Assembly: GCA_029559435.1 (NCBI GenBank)
Contig: JAKQBZ010000046.1
Location: 1 to 21,050, forward strand
DNA from: Deltaproteobacteria bacterium
GTDB lineage: Bacteria > Desulfobacterota > Syntrophorhabdia > Syntrophorhabdales > Syntrophorhabdaceae
Length of the DNA stretch: 21,050 nt
Reading direction: 5' to 3'
The notes under the pieces are model-generated. The model did no database searches, had not been told where the DNA came from, and saw only the letters and a list, made by a program, of their open reading frames with translations. A program made the position numbers and the translations under genes. Of this stretch, positions 17,689-21,050 are shown in pieces. Within the stretch, counting starts at the first letter, position 1. The number at the start of each line of letters is the position of its first letter.

Positions 17689-18310
17689 TACTCTCGTCGT
17701 CGGGTTCTTCGGCGTATCCCGTGATCATTGATCGAACATAGGTGGTGATGCCTTTGCCGAGCGACGACATGTAGATATGGACGATGAGGTAAAGCAGGAA
17801 GCAGTAGCCCGTTATGACGTGGATCGCGTCGAGCACCCTTAGACCACCGACCATATCGATATACTGGTAGAAGAAAAGGATGTCGCTGAAGAGTATACCC
17901 GTTATCACGATAACCGGCATGAGCAGGAACATTACCGATGAGTACGCCAGCTTCTGGAGGGGGTTGAACTTTGCGCCGGGCGTCGGAGTAAAAGGAGCCT
18001 TTCCTTTTGTAAAATAGGTGTAGAGATAGTAGAGCGCCTGCCTGGGGATACCTTTGAGGTCAACAATATTGAGTATGTAGTGTTTTCCCAGGCCCTTTGT
18101 GAAAAGATAGTAGAAGAACCAGAAGAGGAAAGACAGGGCAAGAAGGTAGCCGAGATATTTGTGAAGCGCCACGGTAGTCCCGTATTGCGGAAAGCTGGTA
18201 ATATCGGGGATCCTCAAGTGTATTCCGGTAAGCATGAGCATGATGATGAGGAAGGCGTTTGCCCAGTGCCATATGCGGACAGGTAGCGGATGGAGGTATA
18301 TCTTTTTCAT
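17681..18310 (-). CDS. Membrane-bound cytochrome b (cytochrome b561 / FdnI / hydrogenase-cytb-like)
   Basis: MKKIYLHPLPVRIWHWANAFLIIMLMLTGIHLRIP..., ALHKYLGYLLALSFLFWFFYYLFTKG, VLDAIHVITGYCFLLYLIVHIYM: four TM segments with conserved His. The start is the internal ATG at 18310, which overlaps the upstream TGA. The track's start at 18397 is too far upstream. Confidence 0.9.
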   Translation of the reverse strand: MKKIYLHPLPVRIWHWANAFLIIMLMLTGIHLRIPDITSFPQYGTTVALHKYLGYLLALSFLFWFFYYLFTKGLGKHYILNIVDLKGIPRQALYYLYTYFTKGKAPFTPTPGAKFNPLQKLAYSSVMFLLMPVIVITGILFSDILFFYQYIDMVGGLRVLDAIHVITGYCFLLYLIVHIYMSSLGKGITTYVRSMITGYAEEPDDESKP

Positions 18311-19980
18311 CGTTTCAGAAATATCCTCCCGATTATATGGAGCATAATGAATATAAGAATGACCGCAAAAAGAGCAATGCCAAGGATGTCTATCCACTTG
18401 AACCCAAGCTCCTGCACCTGACCGGTCCGGTCTTTACCGCTGAAGCCGAGCAGCATCCTGATATCTTCGAGGTTTACCCTTTCTTCGCCGAGAAGGCTCA
18501 GGTCGGTGAAGACAGAGATGGGCGCGGCCCCGAGTATGGTGCCTTTAACGGGAATATAGAGATGATCCTCTGCGTCGGGCAGGATAAGGTACATGGAGTC
18601 GTAGAACGGGGCGTTATGCGAGTGGCATGTTGTGCATACCTTGCGCTTTGTGCCTTTTTCAGAGTAGTCGTGGTGGACCTTTGTCACGATGATCGAGCCG
18701 CCGACGAAAAGCTCCTCCTGGAATTTTTTCTGCAAAGCGAGGAAGAAGTCCGACAGCTCCCTGGATATTACCGCGTTGTCACCGTCTGCATCAATGATGT
18801 TCTTGAGATCTGCGTGGCCGCCGTATGCGTCCCTGATATCCCTGTACGTTAAGGCCTGTTTCTTGCCGCCTGACCGTTTGCCGAGGTAAAAGACGATGCT
18901 CTTTTGTGATTCAGGGCTGTGGCAGGTGGAACATTCGAGGTAGTTGAAGTGGAGGCGGGTATGCGGCAGCCAGGCATGTTTATCCACGTAGTCCTTATGG
19001 CACCGGGCACAGACATCGATCCTCTGCTTTGCGTTATATTCCCGGTATGCGGTTATGCTGTGGGGATTATGACAATCGGTACACAGCGCGGCGCCCTTTT
19101 TTGTATGAACAGAGTTTTTGTAAACCCCGTAAACCTCTTTGTGGCATTTCAGGCAGGTGTTGTCGCTGATCCGCTCCTGGGAGATATGACAATCAAAGCA
19201 GGCAATCCCTTTTTTCCCGTGGACCGTTGCCTTATATTCTTTGATGGAAGGCAGTTCAGGGATGAGGATCTTCGGGTCGGCGCGGAACGTGTATGACGAG
19301 ACCCCTGACAACCTGAGGCGCGCTTCCCTGAAGATGCTTCCGTCGCCATGGCATCCATCGCACTGAAGGGGTTTTTTGGTGACACCGTGGGCATCGCCGG
19401 CCGCAGAGTACGACCTGCTTATTGTATATAGATCCTTATAGTTCTGCTCCAGGTATGCGAGGAAGCGGTCCGATTCTGCCTGATCGACAACGCTGTTTTT
19501 GTCGGGATCTATCGTCTCCTTCCCGATCGCACCGCCCTTGCGGACGTATACGCGAAGCTGGGCCGTGGCCGACCCTTTTTTTATCTTTCCGTGGCATACG
19601 GCGCACCCCATGCTCGCCAGGTGCTTTTCTTTGGACGGTATTGACCCGTGCGCGATCCCCTTATGGCACGAAAGGCAGTTTTTTGTGCCCTTATCGAGAA
19701 AATGGACGGCGTGGCATTCCTTGCAGGAGAGGCCTCCGGCGCTGTGGATGCTTTTTGCGTATAGGGCAGAGGTCTCCTTATGGCACTCCGCGCACAATGG
19801 TTTTGCAAGCTTTTCCTGGTGCGGGAGAGAAGCGGTATCCTTGTGGCAGTCTGTACAGGCTGCCTTGCCGTGGTTGTATTTTTTGAAGGCATCGTGGCAT
19901 TCGAAGCAGTCATCCGGCCTTACGGTGGCATGTAGGGGGCCAACAAGAAATATGAACAGTACGGCAATGATGACGTACAT
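18307..19980 (-). CDS. Multiheme c-type cytochrome (13 CxxCH sites) with N-terminal signal and C-terminal TM helix
   Basis: 13 CxxCH motifs counted (CFECH, CTDCH, CAECH, CKECH, CLSCH, CAVCH, CDGCH, CFDCH, CLKCH, CTDCH, CARCH, CSTCH, CTTCH). C-terminal ILGIALFAVILIFIMLHIIGRIFLKR. Confidence 0.95.
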   Translation of the reverse strand: MYVIIAVLFIFLVGPLHATVRPDDCFECHDAFKKYNHGKAACTDCHKDTASLPHQEKLAKPLCAECHKETSALYAKSIHSAGGLSCKECHAVHFLDKGTKNCLSCHKGIAHGSIPSKEKHLASMGCAVCHGKIKKGSATAQLRVYVRKGGAIGKETIDPDKNSVVDQAESDRFLAYLEQNYKDLYTISRSYSAAGDAHGVTKKPLQCDGCHGDGSIFREARLRLSGVSSYTFRADPKILIPELPSIKEYKATVHGKKGIACFDCHISQERISDNTCLKCHKEVYGVYKNSVHTKKGAALCTDCHNPHSITAYREYNAKQRIDVCARCHKDYVDKHAWLPHTRLHFNYLECSTCHSPESQKSIVFYLGKRSGGKKQALTYRDIRDAYGGHADLKNIIDADGDNAVISRELSDFFLALQKKFQEELFVGGSIIVTKVHHDYSEKGTKRKVCTTCHSHNAPFYDSMYLILPDAEDHLYIPVKGTILGAAPISVFTDLSLLGEERVNLEDIRMLLGFSGKDRTGQVQELGFKWIDILGIALFAVILIFIMLHIIGRIFLKR

Positions 19981-20031
19981 AATACTGATGGTAACAGAAG
20001 GCGGGGATTTTGTAAACAGGATTGCGTGCCG

Positions 20032-20640
20032 CTATGGTATCCCGAGCAGCTTGTGCGTCTGCAGGCTAAGCCTCCACCTCGGGTTGGCAAGACAGTATTC
20101 CACAGCCTTTTGCGTATTGGCCTTTACGTCGGCCCCGCTCATGGGCTGGAGAAAGAAATATTTGAAATTCAGGTGCTCGAACCGTTCCGGCTCGGCGCCT
20201 TCCTGTGGAAAGACAAGCTTCAGCTCATCGCCGGACCTGACGACAAGTTCAGTGCCGGCCTTGGGGCTCACGGCGACCCAGTCTATGCCTCCCGGCAAAG
20301 GTAGCGTGCCGTTGGTCTCTATTCCGACCTCGAGGCCGTGGTTATGGAAGGCGGCAACAAGGGCCTCGTCTATCTGGAGCGCCGGCTCGCCTCCCGTGCA
20401 TACGACAAAAGCGAGGAAGGGATGGGCGCCCGGGCCGGGGAACATATTTGCAACAGCAACCGCCAGCTTTTCGGGGTTTTTGAAGACGCCGCCCCCGGGG
20501 CCGTCAGTGCCCTTGAAATCGGTATCGCAGAATTCGCAGGCGAGGTTGCACCCGGAAAACCGGCAGAAGATAGCGGGCCTCCCCGTGTGCAGGCCTTCTC
20601 CCTGGAGGGTATAATATATCTCTTTCACCCGGTAGGCCAC
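20032..20640 (-). CDS. queE: 7-carboxy-7-deazaguanine synthase QueE (radical SAM)
   Basis: EIYYTLQGEGLHTGRPAIFCRFSGCNLACEFCDTDF (CxxxCxxC), VVCTGGEPALQ, GIETNGT, VSPKAG, FLQPMSG. GTG start overlapping the queC stop. Confidence 0.96.
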   Translation of the reverse strand: MAYRVKEIYYTLQGEGLHTGRPAIFCRFSGCNLACEFCDTDFKGTDGPGGGVFKNPEKLAVAVANMFPGPGAHPFLAFVVCTGGEPALQIDEALVAAFHNHGLEVGIETNGTLPLPGGIDWVAVSPKAGTELVVRSGDELKLVFPQEGAEPERFEHLNFKYFFLQPMSGADVKANTQKAVEYCLANPRWRLSLQTHKLLGIP

Positions 20641-21050
20641 TATGAATGCTCCCCGCCCTTTTTGTGCAACAGAGGGTCTTCAAGGCCGCTCTCGGCGAAG
20701 CCTTTCTGCCGCAGGATGCAGGCATCGCATTGTCCGCACGGCCTGCCGTCCGGCAAGGGGTCGTAGCAGGTGCTGGTCATTGAAAAATCGACCCCCAGCT
20801 CCCTGCCCTTCCTGATGATCTCTGCCTTGGTCATGTTGATGAGCGGAGCGTGGATGGCAAAAGGTGCGCCGTTGACGCCGGCCTTCGTGGCGAGGTTCGC
20901 CATCTTCCCGAAGGCCTCGATATATTCCGGCCTGCAGTCAGGATAACCGCTGTAGTCGAGGGCATTTACGCCTATAAAGATATCGCGGGCCCCCAGGGTC
21001 TCCGCCCAGGCAAGCGCAAGGGAGAGAAAGATGGTGTTGCGCGCGGGGAC
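20640..21050 (-). CDS. queC: 7-cyano-7-deazaguanine synthase QueC, 5' truncated by window edge
   Basis: The open frame continues upstream of the track's Met: [59 protein letters not shown]..., then [46 protein letters not shown] (zinc Cys motif). Confidence 0.96.
   Translation of the reverse strand, partial: VPARNTIFLSLALAWAETLGARDIFIGVNALDYSGYPDCRPEYIEAFGKMANLATKAGVNGAPFAIHAPLINMTKAEIIRKGRELGVDFSMTSTCYDPLPDGRPCGQCDACILRQKGFAESGLEDPLLHKKGGEHS

Noticed and set aside
18311-18397. Upstream 29-residue extension of the cytochrome b ORF (MDRHPWHCSFCGHS...)
   Set aside because: It overlaps the cytochrome c coding region out of frame. The ATG at 18310 in the ATGA overlap is the natural start.
19499-20614. 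371-aa plus-strand ORF opposite the multiheme cytochrome and queE
   Set aside because: It is an antisense shadow of two strongly supported genes. Its low-complexity Ser/Pro/Arg/Trp-rich translation shows no family motif.
20640-20903. Treating the 87-aa ORF as a complete small protein
   Set aside because: The frame is open to 21050 and the upstream residues are QueC-like. The Met at 20903 is internal.

Overview
All well-supported genes in this 21,050-bp window lie on the minus strand. The window reads as one bacterial chromosomal segment, possibly from an anaerobic or syntrophic Deltaproteobacterium-like organism (inference only).

From high to low coordinates the genes are:
- queC (truncated by the window edge) and queE
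- a 13-CxxCH multiheme cytochrome with two EF-hand-like loops, coupled by an ATGA overlap to a membrane cytochrome b
- an 1822-aa hybrid histidine kinase with about 9 PAS domains, one GAF, HisKA/HATPase and REC
- typA/bipA
- a compact catabolic cluster: UbiD-family decarboxylase, AMP-forming acyl/aryl-CoA ligase, TAXI-type TRAP binding protein, fused TRAP permease, TIGR04076-like small Cys protein, UbiX-like flavin prenyltransferase
- a GntR/FCD regulator and an orphan DctP-type TRAP binding protein.

The best candidate for a new system is that cluster (about 0.3-9.5 kb). It looks like an 'import, CoA-activate, decarboxylate' module for an aromatic carboxylate such as a phthalate isomer, with an atypical UbiD sequence and a small accessory protein. 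Other notable items are promoter/operator candidates with a -35-overlapping palindrome, a structured leader upstream of typA, and an intergenic block built from several different heptanucleotide-periodic arrays. No CRISPR, tRNA, rRNA, transposase or defence genes were recognised.
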